From NCBI GenBank assembly GCA_963745835.1, contig CAVUZH010000014.1:1-64000 (forward strand): 64,000 nt of DNA. Direction: 5' to 3'. This stretch comes from an uncultured delta proteobacterium. Its GTDB lineage: Bacteria > Desulfobacterota > Binatia > UBA9968. A model generated the notes under the pieces. It had not been told where the DNA came from. It was given only the letters and a program-made list of their open reading frames with translations, and did not search any database. This document shows, one piece after another, positions 27,994 to 38,772 of the stretch (its first letter is position 1; the number at the start of each line of letters is the position of its first letter). Made by a program: the position numbers and the translations under genes.

Positions 27994-28929
27994 TTGACCA
28001 ACCGAGAAGCGTGTCGCAGATTGACCGTGGTGAACCAAGAAATCGTCGTGCCTGCGGCTGAAACCGATAAAAAACTGCAGAGTTTCCTCAAGAGCCGATT
28101 CCCAATTGGCTACGTGCGCAAACTTTTTCGGAAAAACGGTTTGCGGGTCAACGGCAAACGCTCCAAGCCCGAGGATCTGGTTCGCGCCGGCGATCGAATC
28201 CAGCTGTATATCCCGTTTGAGAAAACCGTCCGGCACAGCGATGCGTCCTCAGCCCCAGCGCCGAAGTTTCCCGTGATCTATGAAGATACCCAACTTCTGG
28301 TGATCAACAAGCCGGCCGGCATGGCCGTTCACGAAGGTAAGCACGTCCTAAAGCGTCATTCGGTCATCGGCGCGCTCGAACGCACATATCGAGAACAGGG
28401 AGTTAGACTCCAATTAGTGCATCGGCTCGATAAAGATACCTCGGGCGTTTTGCTGATCGCCAAGGACGAATCAACGGCGGCGGCACTGGAAGCAATCTTT
28501 GCCGAGGGCAGAGACGCGGATAAGGAATATCTCTGCCTCGTCGCCGGACGTCTTCAAGATAATCAGGGTAGAATCGATTTAGCATTGCCCGGTCGGGAAG
28601 GCGCCCCGGTACGGGCACTTACCCGCTTTAAGGTATTGGAGCGATTTTCACAAACCACGTTGGCGCGCGTGAACATCGAAACTGGGCGCCTGCATCAGAT
28701 CCGGCTACACTTCGCAGCGCTCGGTTATCCCGTTGTGCTGGACGATCAACACGGCGATTTTAACTTCAACAAACAATTCAGCAAAAGGTACGGCTTAAAA
28801 CGGCAGTTTCTGCACGCTCGCCGCCTCAAGATCGAACACGGCGGAAAAAAATACGTCTGGAGCGCACAGCTCCCCAAAGATCTTCAGTATGTCCTTGACG
28901 CACTACGATCGGAGGAAAAACATCGCTAA
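27994..28929 (+). CDS. RluA/RluC-family pseudouridine synthase
   Basis: S4 domain, NKPAG, HRLDKDTSG, TGRLHQIR. Confidence 0.92.
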   Translation: MTNREACRRLTVVNQEIVVPAAETDKKLQSFLKSRFPIGYVRKLFRKNGLRVNGKRSKPEDLVRAGDRIQLYIPFEKTVRHSDASSAPAPKFPVIYEDTQLLVINKPAGMAVHEGKHVLKRHSVIGALERTYREQGVRLQLVHRLDKDTSGVLLIAKDESTAAALEAIFAEGRDADKEYLCLVAGRLQDNQGRIDLALPGREGAPVRALTRFKVLERFSQTTLARVNIETGRLHQIRLHFAALGYPVVLDDQHGDFNFNKQFSKRYGLKRQFLHARRLKIEHGGKKYVWSAQLPKDLQYVLDALRSEEKHR

Positions 28930-29041
28930 ATGAAATTCTAGAATAGTCTCTTGGCACATTGCTCCGAGTCCCATGCTCCCGCGTTTGCTCTTTGTAGCGG
29001 CTTGATTTTGTCTTTCTGTTTTCAGCTTTCCTCATTGTATG

Positions 29042-29677
29042 TCAGAGCTTTACCACCAGCATGATACCGTCACGCACCGGCAACAGAACGTTCTCCAGCC
29101 GCGGGTCGTTGCGAATGCGCTTATTTAGCGCATCAACGGCCTGACTACCGGGATCGCTTGGATGCATGACCTTACCGCTGCGCAGCATGTTGTCCAAGAC
29201 GATCACACCCTTTGACCGAACTAATTGCATACTGGCGTCGAAGTATTCGCCATCACGGTCCTTGTCGGCATCGATGAAACAGAGATCGAACGGGCCTGAA
29301 ATTACTTTCAACGAATTCAAAGCGGGTCCCAGTTTCACCTCGATTTTTCGGCCGTGCTGACTCTCGGCAAAACACTGCTTTGCGATTGCGGTGGTTTCAG
29401 GATTGATCTCGCAGGTCACAACCCTGCCGTCCTTCGGTAACGCCTCGGCAAAAGCCAAAGTGCTGTACCCCGTGTACATGCCGATTTCTAAAATGCGGCG
29501 CGCCCCGGTCATGAGCACGAGCATCTTCAACAGTTGCGCCGCCAGAGGGCCGACCATGGTGGTTGGATTTCCTGTTTGCCTATAGGTTTCCAACCAGATC
29601 TTGTCGTGAAACAAGGACATCGGCTTAGAGTGGCGTTCGACGTATTGCTCGATGCCTATAGGTCTAAACTCAATCAA
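29042..29677 (-). CDS. class I O-methyltransferase (caffeoyl-CoA OMT-like)
   Basis: LEIGMYTGYS, FIDADK, LDNML, RDG. Confidence 0.9.
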   Translation of the reverse strand: MIEFRPIGIEQYVERHSKPMSLFHDKIWLETYRQTGNPTTMVGPLAAQLLKMLVLMTGARRILEIGMYTGYSTLAFAEALPKDGRVVTCEINPETTAIAKQCFAESQHGRKIEVKLGPALNSLKVISGPFDLCFIDADKDRDGEYFDASMQLVRSKGVIVLDNMLRSGKVMHPSDPGSQAVDALNKRIRNDPRLENVLLPVRDGIMLVVKL

Positions 29678-29803
29678 AGTCTTCCCTCCTTATGCACTCC
29701 AAGCATTCCGTAGTTCCCAAGGGGTATACTCTATCGCAGCAAAGTTGACTCGGCCCAACTGTGTGTTACCTTTACAGAACAATTGTGAAAGGATTTCAAG
29801 TCG

Positions 29804-31057
29804 ATGGCCGAAACAAATGATGAAAGAGTTCCAGTAACCGTTTTGACCGGATTTCTCGGCGCCGGCAAGACAACACTGTTGAACCGTGTATTGACTGCTG
29901 AGCACGGCCGGCGGGTTGCTGTCATCGTTAATGAATTCGGCGAAGTTGGCATCGACCATCATTTACTGATTTCGTCGGAACAAGAAATCGTTGAAATGAG
30001 CAACGGCTGTATCTGCTGCACAGTTCGCGGCGACCTGCTGCGCAGCCTGTTTGAGCTTCTCGAACACAGATCCAAGTTCGACACGCTGATGATCGAAACC
30101 ACCGGACTTGCCGATCCGGCGCCGGTCGTACAAACCTTCTTCGTCGATGAACGAATCAAAAGCCAATTTCAACTCAATGGAGTCGTAACGGTGGTCGATT
30201 CCAAGCATATCGCGCAACAAATCGACCACTCCACCGAAGCCCGCGAACAAATTGCCTTTGCCGATCTGATCCTACTTAACAAACTGGATCTAATCAGCCC
30301 GGAAGATCTGCAGGAGCTCGAATACAAAATCAAAAACTTGAACCGGGCGGCGCACATTTACCAGACCAGGAACTCGGACGTCGAAATCGCCAAAGTCTTA
30401 GATCTCCGCAGTCTCGACATCGAAGCCAAGGCGCAAGATCACGACGAAAACCACAAGCACACCGATGACATCTCCACTGTGTCAATCGTCACGCCGGGGG
30501 ATCTCGACGGGGTCAAGCTTAGCCAGTGGTTCCGCCAACTGCTAGCCGAGTACGGCCAGAGTATCATGCGTATGAAAGGAATTCTCAACCTGCGCAACGA
30601 CCCGGACCAGTTTGTCTTCCAGGGCGTTCATCTTCTGTTCGAAGGCCGTCCTGGACGGGCTTGGGCCGAAGGCGAGGAGCGGACCAATCGCTTGGTGTTC
30701 ATCGGGCGGAGTCTGGATGGGGAAAAGATTACCACCGGCTTTCAAGCTTGTCTGACTACCGAGGACGGTAACGGTTCAGCCGAAGTCGACCCGTTCGGCC
30801 AAAAAGTCGATGTCTCGAGCTTTGTTTTCGATCAGATCCGCTACTGGGTACAGACGATTCTCGAGTTCCCACCCGATGCGCCCATCGTCATCAAAGAAGT
30901 GCCCTGCGTCAAAGAAGGTTGCCCTCCGGTGGAGACTGCTATTATGGTCTTCCTCAAAAACGAGCCGCCGCGAGTCTTTAAAATCCTAGCGCGGGTGCAC
31001 CAAGTAACCTTCGATCACGTTTATAATCTCATCGAAAATCCGCTGCCGTGTTGCTGA
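29804..31057 (+). CDS. COG0523/CobW-family metallochaperone GTPase with extra Cys-rich C-terminal domain
   Basis: GFLGAGKTT, GCICC, ETTG, NKLD; tail EVPCVKEGCPPVET...PLPCC. Confidence 0.9.
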   Translation: MAETNDERVPVTVLTGFLGAGKTTLLNRVLTAEHGRRVAVIVNEFGEVGIDHHLLISSEQEIVEMSNGCICCTVRGDLLRSLFELLEHRSKFDTLMIETTGLADPAPVVQTFFVDERIKSQFQLNGVVTVVDSKHIAQQIDHSTEAREQIAFADLILLNKLDLISPEDLQELEYKIKNLNRAAHIYQTRNSDVEIAKVLDLRSLDIEAKAQDHDENHKHTDDISTVSIVTPGDLDGVKLSQWFRQLLAEYGQSIMRMKGILNLRNDPDQFVFQGVHLLFEGRPGRAWAEGEERTNRLVFIGRSLDGEKITTGFQACLTTEDGNGSAEVDPFGQKVDVSSFVFDQIRYWVQTILEFPPDAPIVIKEVPCVKEGCPPVETAIMVFLKNEPPRVFKILARVHQVTFDHVYNLIENPLPCC

Positions 31058-31101
31058 TCGCCGGCTGCGACGGTTCACTTATGTTGCCGCAGCTTTAGTC
31101 A

Positions 31102-31862
31102 TTAGCCCTTGCGCGGTGTCAGCACTAGTAACGCCTTTTGTAAATCCAGTGACATGTGGAAGTGGCTCAAAAAATCAAATCCCAATAATCCCTCATAGCT
31201 GGCATCAGGCGAGAAATCATGGATCATCACTAACAAGTTCTGCCTCTCTACTTCCCCCAGTTTGACTGATTCAACGCGCGCTGCCGAGACAGTCACGACG
31301 CCTCCGATTCCATATCCCGTGCCAGAGCCGATCGATTGGAGCCGAAGAATCCTGGCGATCCGCGAAGAAATCATGGTGCGGGAAGCGCCGGTGTCCAATA
31401 GCAGGTTGGCGGCAGTGCTGTTATTGAAATTTACGGAAACAATCACTTTCGAACCGCTCACCTTGACAGGAATAGCGTGCGCGCCTCGGCGAGGTTCGAA
31501 GTCGATTCAGTTTGGCTTGTCGGGCGAATAACCGGGTTTTCGTTGGGCAAGGAACGGAAATGACTGTCGATTTTCTTTGCCGCATTGTTCTCTCCTGCTT
31601 TGATCCAACCGATGTTGCCGTTGCTGGTCTTCACCATAAACCATTTCAACCCGCCGGCCGCCGTCATTTCCGCCATCGGCGACAAGGACTGTCCATCTGT
31701 AAGCGACTCGATCACGAGGGATGACTCGTCGGGCGTTATAAAGACGACAACTACAGTTTGTTCCGGGGACGTCTGCAAGCTAGAGGCGGCCCATGCCTCG
31801 GGCCGCCCAGTCATGGGAAGCGTCAATAGAAACATGAAGATCAAACCGAGCGGGAGGGTCAT
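31102..31862 (-). CDS. secreted SH3-like plus retropepsin-like aspartyl protease (frameshift near 31480)
   Basis: KWFMVKT...GWI; LLDTGASRT and GLLGFDFL in the second frame. Confidence 0.78.
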
Positions 31863-32199
31863 TGGCTAGGGATCCTTGCCCACGAGCATTGCATAGTAGT
31901 AATACGTCGGACTGCTGCTGGGTCGATACTAATCTAGCAGCATTATAACTTATGAATCTCTGACTCGTCAGTTTTTTGTTTATCGGTACATCATCAAACC
32001 GCGAACACCACCGGCATGCTTAAAGCCTGCTGCTAGAAGAGGTTCCGGCACAAGTATCCGGCTGCGCATGCCCAACCCTGGAAAATTTGGGCCACTGGGC
32101 CACTCCGACATAACGCTAAACGTCGCGGGCTCGTCAGAGATTTAAAAATATGTCCACGGGCGGCTATAATTTACTGGCAGGCCTGACGGATGTTCCAAA

Positions 32200-32946
32200 A
32201 TGAGAAAGCTTTTAGTCTTACAGCATGTCGCGCATGAGATCCTCGGCACATTAAACCCACTGCTGAAGCGCGCTGGATTTCGTATTCGTTACGTCAACTT
32301 CGGACGCCACCCGGAGGCGCGACCGAGCTTGGACGGATACCACGGACTAGTCGTCCTTGGCGGCCCCATGAGTGTTTACGAGGATCACCGGTTTCCCCAC
32401 TTAATAACCGAGATGAAATTGATTGAAGATGCCATGCAACGAAATCTCCCGGTGCTGGGCATCTGCCTTGGCGCGCAACTGATCGCCAAGACACTGGGGG
32501 CGGATGTCTACGCAAGCAAACAGAAGGAAATCGGCTGGTATGATCTACACACCGCGCCAGAAGCGGCCCAGGGATCTATTCTAAACTTGCTCGGTCAAAC
32601 CGAGAAGGTTTTCCAATGGCATGGAGATACTTTTGACATCCCGGCTGGCGCGGTTCATCTCGCTACATCTACTCTTTGCGTCAACCAGGCGTTTCGCTAT
32701 GGCGAAACGATTTACGGCTTGCAGTTTCACCTCGAAGTTGATGAGGCGATGATCCAGCGTTGGCTAAAGGTGCCAGAGAATCGGCACGAGATCGCCAAGC
32801 TTCATAGCGGCATCGATCCGGATCACATTCATGCCGAAACTCCGCAATACATCGGGCGGCTGCACGAACTCAGTGAGCAAACCTTCAGCCAGTTCATCGG
32901 CCTTTTCGGCTGGGAAAAGTTTAACGGGCGGAAATCTTCGGGATGA
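32200..32946 (+). CDS. class I glutamine amidotransferase
   Basis: LGGPMS, LGICLGAQ, QWHGD, QFHLE. Confidence 0.9.
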   Translation: MRKLLVLQHVAHEILGTLNPLLKRAGFRIRYVNFGRHPEARPSLDGYHGLVVLGGPMSVYEDHRFPHLITEMKLIEDAMQRNLPVLGICLGAQLIAKTLGADVYASKQKEIGWYDLHTAPEAAQGSILNLLGQTEKVFQWHGDTFDIPAGAVHLATSTLCVNQAFRYGETIYGLQFHLEVDEAMIQRWLKVPENRHEIAKLHSGIDPDHIHAETPQYIGRLHELSEQTFSQFIGLFGWEKFNGRKSSG

Positions 32947-32977
32947 GCCGCTTCAGTTCCCCGTAAGCTCGAGCGCC

Positions 32978-34411
32978 CTACTCGGCGGTGAGCTTGTGCA
33001 CCAGTTCGTACAGCGATTGCATGCCTGAGCGCAGGCTATCCAGAGAGATTCTTTCGTTAACGCCATGCACTAGGCCTTCTTCTGAAGGGATATTGCGGAG
33101 CGGCATAAAGCCCAAACAGGAAATCCCTTTAGCGCGAAAGAAGTGGCAGTCCGTAAAGCCGCGCACCAGCGGCGCCACCACGGGAGCATCGTTATCGCGC
33201 GCTTTTGCCAATCCCTGTATCGCGCTCATCGCTTCCGGATCGGCAGGGGAGGCGGCCGCGGGGAAAGATAAGAGCACTTCGATCTTTATACTCTCATCGC
33301 CAATTACCCGCCGCACTTCGGCGATAAACGATTGAGGATCTTCGCCCGGCAGGAGTCGAGCATCGATATCGGCAGACGCCTGCGCCGGAATGACATTTAC
33401 CTTGTCCGATGCCCTCAGCCCCGTGACCGCAATCGTGTTTCTCACGCTCGCATTGTTACGCGGGTTATTGGTGAAATCCGCGGCAAAGGCCGGATCCTTG
33501 AGCGCGGTTCGCAGGTCTTGGTATTGTTGGCGGCGGCTCTCGGGCTCTCCAGCAGCGGTGTCGGCGAAGAACTTCTGCACCTCCGGCATAATTTTAATCG
33601 GCGTTTGATGAGCCAGAAGCCGTCCCAGGGCAAGCACTAACTTATCGACCGCGCCGTCTCTTCCGGGCGTCGAGCCATGGCCCGGTGCGCCAGTCGCAAT
33701 CAGCCGCAACCAGAGCGGGGTCTTTTCGGCGACGCTGACGCTGTAACTCTGCACCTTGCCATCTTTGCCCAAGCGTACTCCGCCACCTTCATTCAAAACC
33801 ACACCGACATTTGCAAACAAGTCCGGATGCTTTTCGAGTAAAAATCCAGCTCCTAGCGCGCCGCCCGCCTCTTCATCGGCAGTGCCGAGAAATATCACGT
33901 CGCCTCGTAGGGCGACATTGTTGCGCCTGAGCGCCAGGAGGGTCATCAGCTCGGCGATAGCGGGACCCTTCATATCGAGAGCACCGCGGCCCCAAATATA
34001 TCCGTCCTTGACGGAACCGCTGAACGGCGCTTCTTTCCACAGGTTGGCTTCCGCCGGTACCACATCCATGTGATTCAGCAGAATTACGGCTTTCTTCGCG
34101 CCGCTGCCCCGCAGTCTAGCGTAAATGTTGCCTCGTCCGGGCGCAGACTCGATGATTCGCGCTTCGATCCCTTCCCTGTCGAAGATCTCTTTAAAAAATT
34201 GCGCGGCTTTGGTTTCGTTTCCCGGTGGATTGGTGGTGTCTATTTGGATATAGCGGCTCAGTAGCGACACCGCCTCCTGTTCCAGCGCATTGGCAGGCAA
34301 AGATTTTTCTGCTGCCAAGCCGGCGCCGCTCAAAAACACAACCAGCAGAGTCATTCGAAACATTATCGACAGGGTGCGGCATCCGGATATTCTCACAATG
34401 CCTTCCTCCAA
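32978..34411 (-). CDS. M20/M25/M40 family metallopeptidase
   Basis: HMDVV, GRGALDMKG, DEE, NEGG, HGVNERI. Confidence 0.9.
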   Translation of the reverse strand: MEEGIVRISGCRTLSIMFRMTLLVVFLSGAGLAAEKSLPANALEQEAVSLLSRYIQIDTTNPPGNETKAAQFFKEIFDREGIEARIIESAPGRGNIYARLRGSGAKKAVILLNHMDVVPAEANLWKEAPFSGSVKDGYIWGRGALDMKGPAIAELMTLLALRRNNVALRGDVIFLGTADEEAGGALGAGFLLEKHPDLFANVGVVLNEGGGVRLGKDGKVQSYSVSVAEKTPLWLRLIATGAPGHGSTPGRDGAVDKLVLALGRLLAHQTPIKIMPEVQKFFADTAAGEPESRRQQYQDLRTALKDPAFAADFTNNPRNNASVRNTIAVTGLRASDKVNVIPAQASADIDARLLPGEDPQSFIAEVRRVIGDESIKIEVLLSFPAAASPADPEAMSAIQGLAKARDNDAPVVAPLVRGFTDCHFFRAKGISCLGFMPLRNIPSEEGLVHGVNERISLDSLRSGMQSLYELVHKLTAE

Positions 34412-34441
34412 ACTGAGAATGTTCTCAACTGAGCACAGAGA

Positions 34442-35398
34442 TCAGTCAAAAAATCTCCTTGCCGCGTCGTCAATGGCACCGCGCTGACCCTCTGGATCAA
34501 ACCAGCGAATTTCTCGATCGCTATGAAACCAGGTGAGCTGCCGCTTGGCTAAACGCCGCGTGTCTCGCTTCATCAGATGCACCGCGTTGTCTAGAGACAT
34601 TCGATCCCGAAGAAACAGCCCAAGGTGGCGATAACCGACACTTTGCATGGGTTTCAAATCCAAGCCATAGCCCATCGCAACGAGCTTCTTGACTTCATCT
34701 AGGAGACCGGCTGCGATCATGAGCTCGCAGCGCCGGTCGATTCGATCATAGAGTTCACTGCGCTGCCGATCCAAACCGATTTGAAGCACGTCGAACAGCA
34801 AATCATTAAACCTGTGCTCGCTCTGCCACTCAGTGATTCTTCGTCCGGTCGCATCGTAAACTTCCAGCGCCCGGGTGATTCGCTGCCGGTCATTGGGGTG
34901 AATTCGCATAGCCGATTCTGGATCGACCTGCTCAAGCCGATGATAAAGCGCTCCGATTCCATGCTCCTCTATCTCCCATTCAAGCGCTTGTCTGATCTGC
35001 GGATCCCGTCCGGGTCCATCGAATAATCCTTTGGTGAGAGCTTTGATGTAGAGTCCGGTCCCGCCGCAAACAATAATCCTCTTCTTGCGATTGGCCAGCT
35101 TGTATGCGACCTCAGAGGCTAGATTGCGAAACATGGCAGCGTTGAACTCCTCGTCGGGATCGACGATATCGATCAAATGGTGCGCAATCTTTTCTCTTTG
35201 CTCGCTGGATGGCTTCGCCGTGCCGATATCCATGTGTCGGTAGACCTGTTGCGAATCAGCGCTGATAATCTCTGCGCCAAATTTCAACGCCAGATCCAAC
35301 ACTGTGTCGCTTTTGCCGACCGCTGTGGGGCCAAGAACAATGACGAGTTTGGGTTTCACTGCAGCCAAGTGACCGAATTGCGGCAACGGCAGACGCAA
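34442..35398 (-). CDS. miaA: tRNA dimethylallyltransferase
   Basis: GPTAVGKS, DSQQVY, GGTGLY, AKRQLTWF. Confidence 0.96.
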   Translation of the reverse strand: MRLPLPQFGHLAAVKPKLVIVLGPTAVGKSDTVLDLALKFGAEIISADSQQVYRHMDIGTAKPSSEQREKIAHHLIDIVDPDEEFNAAMFRNLASEVAYKLANRKKRIIVCGGTGLYIKALTKGLFDGPGRDPQIRQALEWEIEEHGIGALYHRLEQVDPESAMRIHPNDRQRITRALEVYDATGRRITEWQSEHRFNDLLFDVLQIGLDRQRSELYDRIDRRCELMIAAGLLDEVKKLVAMGYGLDLKPMQSVGYRHLGLFLRDRMSLDNAVHLMKRDTRRLAKRQLTWFHSDREIRWFDPEGQRGAIDDAARRFFD

Positions 35399-35413
35399 GA
35401 ATCGCCCGGCAGG

Positions 35414-37156
35414 CTATAACACCCGTTTAAACATCCGCTCCAGCTCTTCACGGCTGAACTCGAGCAGGACCGGCCGGCCGTGCGGGCATTGGGTCGCGAA
35501 GTCGGTGTCATCAAGATCCCGCAACAGGGCGCGCATCTCGTGCATTTCCAATTGGCGATTGGCACGAATAACGCTGTGGCAGGCGATGGTTGCCAAGCGC
35601 TCTTCCAAGTGCTGGCCCAGCTTCTCGGATTTGTCTATCTCTGCCAATTCCGCCACCATCTGGAGCACCACCGGCCGGTAGTCCCCTTCCGGCAATAGAG
35701 CGGGAACGGCGATGATCGCATACGAGTTGGGCCCAAAGGGCTCGAGCGTAAAGCCATAGCGCTCCAAGACATCGAGCTGTTTTTCTAGCAGCATCATTTC
35801 ACCGGCCGATAACTCGACCGTCTGATGAAGCAACAGTGTTTGTCGTTCCACTGCATTGGCGCGCATCTGCTTTCGTAGCCGTTCGAAGGCGACCCGTTCG
35901 TGCGCGGCGTGCTGGTCGATCAGCGCCAAACCCTGAGCAGATGAACAAATCAAATAACAGCCGAGAATTTGGCCGAGGACATTGAGCGAGGAAAAAAATC
36001 CTGGGTGCAATTGACCTGATTGCTTCGGAAGAACAAAAACTTCCCGGCTCGATTCTGAAACGAATGATTCCGCAGAAGTAAAGACTGAAGTCGCGTACGG
36101 CAAGACGCCTTCCATATTCGCAGAAGAGTATTGCGGCCACGGCGCAAAGCTGCGCCCGGATGGCTGTTGAGCCTTCGCTCTGAGAGCCTCGCGTATCGCG
36201 CGGGCAACGGCTTCATGCACGTCGGACTGACGGCGAAATCTTACTTCGTACTTGGCCGGGTGTACGTTGACGTCGATTTCGTCAAAGGGAATATCCAACA
36301 GCAGCACCACCGCGGGGTATTGGCCCTTCATCAAGAGAGTTTCGTAGCCGTGCAGAACCGCGTGTGTGAGGATCTTATCGCGGACATAACGGTGATTTAC
36401 AAACGTCATCAGATGACGCGAGTTCGGAAACGCCGTTGGAGCCGAGCTCAAGTAACCCCTGACAGAGAGGACGCCCTGCCTGTACTCGAACGGGCGTAAG
36501 GAGTCGGCGACTTCCCTTCCCAATACTTGGTACAAGCGTTCGCGCAACTCACGCACTGCGACAAAATCGATTAGAGTCTTTCCGTTATGTTCGAGACGGA
36601 AATGAATCTCAGGATAGGCGAGCGCCAGCCGGTTAACGATATCGCAAATGTGGCTAAACTCTGTAGGAAGAGATTTCAAAAACTTTCGCCGGGCCGGAAC
36701 ATTGTAAAACAGGTCTTTCAGCTCGATCATAGTACCCGTTGCGGCGGCAGCCATCTTGACCGAGATCTTGCCTTCGCCGTCAACGCGCAATCGGTAGGCG
36801 GAATCATAACCCGCCGGTCTGGAGGTGATCTCAAACCGAGATACCGAAGCAATGCTCGGCAACGCCTCGCCACGAAAACCCAATGTCGAAATCCGAAAAA
36901 GATCCTCGTCGCTGCGCAGTTTGCTGGTTGCATGGCGCTCAAGCGCAAGCGGCAGATCTTCGGGCGAGATGCCCTCGCCATCATCGGTTACCCGGATCAA
37001 GGACGTTCCGCTCTTCTCAATCGCGACTGTAATCTCGCTGGCTCCTGCGTCGATGGAATTTTCCAGCAGTTCTTTAACCACCGACGCCGGCCGCTCGACC
37101 ACTTCTCCTGCCGCAATACGGCTCGTCATTTCTTTCGAAAGAACTTGAATCTTCAT
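35414..37156 (-). CDS. mutL: DNA mismatch repair protein MutL
   Basis: IAAGEVVERP, GFRGEAL, DQHAAHER, CPHGRP. Confidence 0.97.
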   Translation of the reverse strand: MKIQVLSKEMTSRIAAGEVVERPASVVKELLENSIDAGASEITVAIEKSGTSLIRVTDDGEGISPEDLPLALERHATSKLRSDEDLFRISTLGFRGEALPSIASVSRFEITSRPAGYDSAYRLRVDGEGKISVKMAAAATGTMIELKDLFYNVPARRKFLKSLPTEFSHICDIVNRLALAYPEIHFRLEHNGKTLIDFVAVRELRERLYQVLGREVADSLRPFEYRQGVLSVRGYLSSAPTAFPNSRHLMTFVNHRYVRDKILTHAVLHGYETLLMKGQYPAVVLLLDIPFDEIDVNVHPAKYEVRFRRQSDVHEAVARAIREALRAKAQQPSGRSFAPWPQYSSANMEGVLPYATSVFTSAESFVSESSREVFVLPKQSGQLHPGFFSSLNVLGQILGCYLICSSAQGLALIDQHAAHERVAFERLRKQMRANAVERQTLLLHQTVELSAGEMMLLEKQLDVLERYGFTLEPFGPNSYAIIAVPALLPEGDYRPVVLQMVAELAEIDKSEKLGQHLEERLATIACHSVIRANRQLEMHEMRALLRDLDDTDFATQCPHGRPVLLEFSREELERMFKRVL

Positions 37157-37381
37157 TCGATACTTTGTCCGGCCCTAGGCCTCATCTACGGCAATAGGAC
37201 ACCGTCAACTCGGTTCTAAAGTTTGGAAATGAGCAATGAATGTCTCAGACCCAGCTTTGATCGTTATGGATTTTAGTGATCCTGCGCGATTGTGTCATGC
37301 GACCAGTCGCGCTCAAACGATTCGACTAAGCAGACCGCGACAGAGCTAACGCGACCGCTGTCTAGAAAGGGCGCGTGTGCC

Positions 37382-37693
37382 TCAGCGATTTTCTTTTCGA
37401 ATAATCTCGTCCAGCTTCTTCCGGTCCGCGTCCAAAATTTTTTCCTTTGCGCGCGTATCATTCGAGCGACTACGGCTTTCATCTTTGTCTAAGCTGGGCA
37501 GGGTCTTGGCGGCGGGCTCAGCCTGATCTTCACCCGGCGCTAAACTCTTTGCAATCTCGTTCCAGTATAGCCAAACAAGGAAAGCTAGCGCCCAGATAAT
37601 CAGGGGCACAAGCACGAAAAGGAGAATAGTTTTAACCGCGCTTCTCTTCCTTATTTTCCTTGTTTTCCGTTTTGCCACGGTAGAACCGATCAC
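37382..37693 (-). CDS. hypothetical single-pass membrane protein
   Basis: Basic N-terminus, one hydrophobic helix, charged tail. Confidence 0.6.
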   Translation of the reverse strand: MIGSTVAKRKTRKIRKRSAVKTILLFVLVPLIIWALAFLVWLYWNEIAKSLAPGEDQAEPAAKTLPSLDKDESRSRSNDTRAKEKILDADRKKLDEIIRKENR

Positions 37694-37714
37694 CTATCAA
37701 TTCACTGACTCTGC

Positions 37715-37819
37715 AGCGTGCTCAAATATTTCGAAAAATCGAGGAGCGGGAGCGTACTGCTCAGTACGTCGAACCGAGGGGATTGCGCCAACGAAGCCAA
37801 TGATTCTTCTGAGCGGGCT
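37715..37819. repeat. REP/MITE-like palindromic intergenic element
   Basis: Imperfect terminal IRs AGCGTGCTCA/TGAGCGGGCT; inner CGTACTG-CAGTACG hairpin; CAACGAAGC shared with the element at 59066. Confidence 0.5.
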
Positions 37820-37821
37820 TT

Positions 37822-38772
37822 TTAGTAATTCGGCTTATGATCGAAATAGTGGGTGGCGTTGATGATACGAATCGTGCGAGTCTTCGAGCGCATCACCACC
37901 GATTGCGTCGTCGCGCCACCGGGGAAAAAATGGACGCCATCGAGATAGTCGCCATCGGTGACCCCCGTGGCCGCGAACATCACGTCACCCGCGGCCAATT
38001 CCTCGATCGAAAACTTCTTCTTGATGTCGCTAACGCCCATTTTTTTTGCGCGCTCAATTTCTTCATTGTTGCGCGGCGCCAGGCGACCTTGAAATTCGCC
38101 GCCGACACAGCGCAACGCCGCCGCGGCGAGCACGCCTTCCGGCGCGCCGCCAATGCCAAGCAACAGATCGATGCCGGTTTCCGGCTTGGTCGTCGCAATC
38201 GCTGCAGAGACATCACCATCACCGATGAGACGAATCCGCGCTCCCGCCTGGCGCACTTCTTTGATGATCGCTTCATGTCTAGGGCGGGACAAAATGATAA
38301 CCGTGAGGTCCTCGATGTTGCAGCGTTTGGCTTCGGCCAGAGCCTGAAGATTCTGAGTCGGCGTTTTGTTCAAATCGACGACACCTTTACCGACTGGTCC
38401 GACGGCAATCTTCTCCATGTAGGTGTCCGGGCAGTGCAGCAGGTTGCCGCCGTCGGCCATGGCGATAACTGCCAAAGCATTAGGCGCTCCGGTGGCGCAA
38501 ATCGTCGTGCCTTCCAGTGGGTCCAGGGCGATATCGACTTTCGGACCGCCGGAACCGACCTTCTCGCCGATATAAAGCATCGGTGCTTCGTCGCGTTCAC
38601 CTTCGCCGATGACCACCGTGCCATCGATAGGCAGCGCATCAAACGCCCTGCGCATCGCGTCCACCGCCGCCTGATCTGCGGCCTTTTCATCTCCACGTCC
38701 GGTTAAACGAGCACAACTCAAGGCGGCCGCTTCGGTAACTCGGATCGCTTCCAAAGCTAAATTTCGGTCCAC
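37822..38772 (-). CDS. glpX: class II fructose-1,6-bisphosphatase
   Basis: VIGEGERDEAPMLYIGE, DPLEGT, DGDV, FAATGVT. Confidence 0.96.
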   Translation of the reverse strand: MDRNLALEAIRVTEAAALSCARLTGRGDEKAADQAAVDAMRRAFDALPIDGTVVIGEGERDEAPMLYIGEKVGSGGPKVDIALDPLEGTTICATGAPNALAVIAMADGGNLLHCPDTYMEKIAVGPVGKGVVDLNKTPTQNLQALAEAKRCNIEDLTVIILSRPRHEAIIKEVRQAGARIRLIGDGDVSAAIATTKPETGIDLLLGIGGAPEGVLAAAALRCVGGEFQGRLAPRNNEEIERAKKMGVSDIKKKFSIEELAAGDVMFAATGVTDGDYLDGVHFFPGGATTQSVVMRSKTRTIRIINATHYFDHKPNY

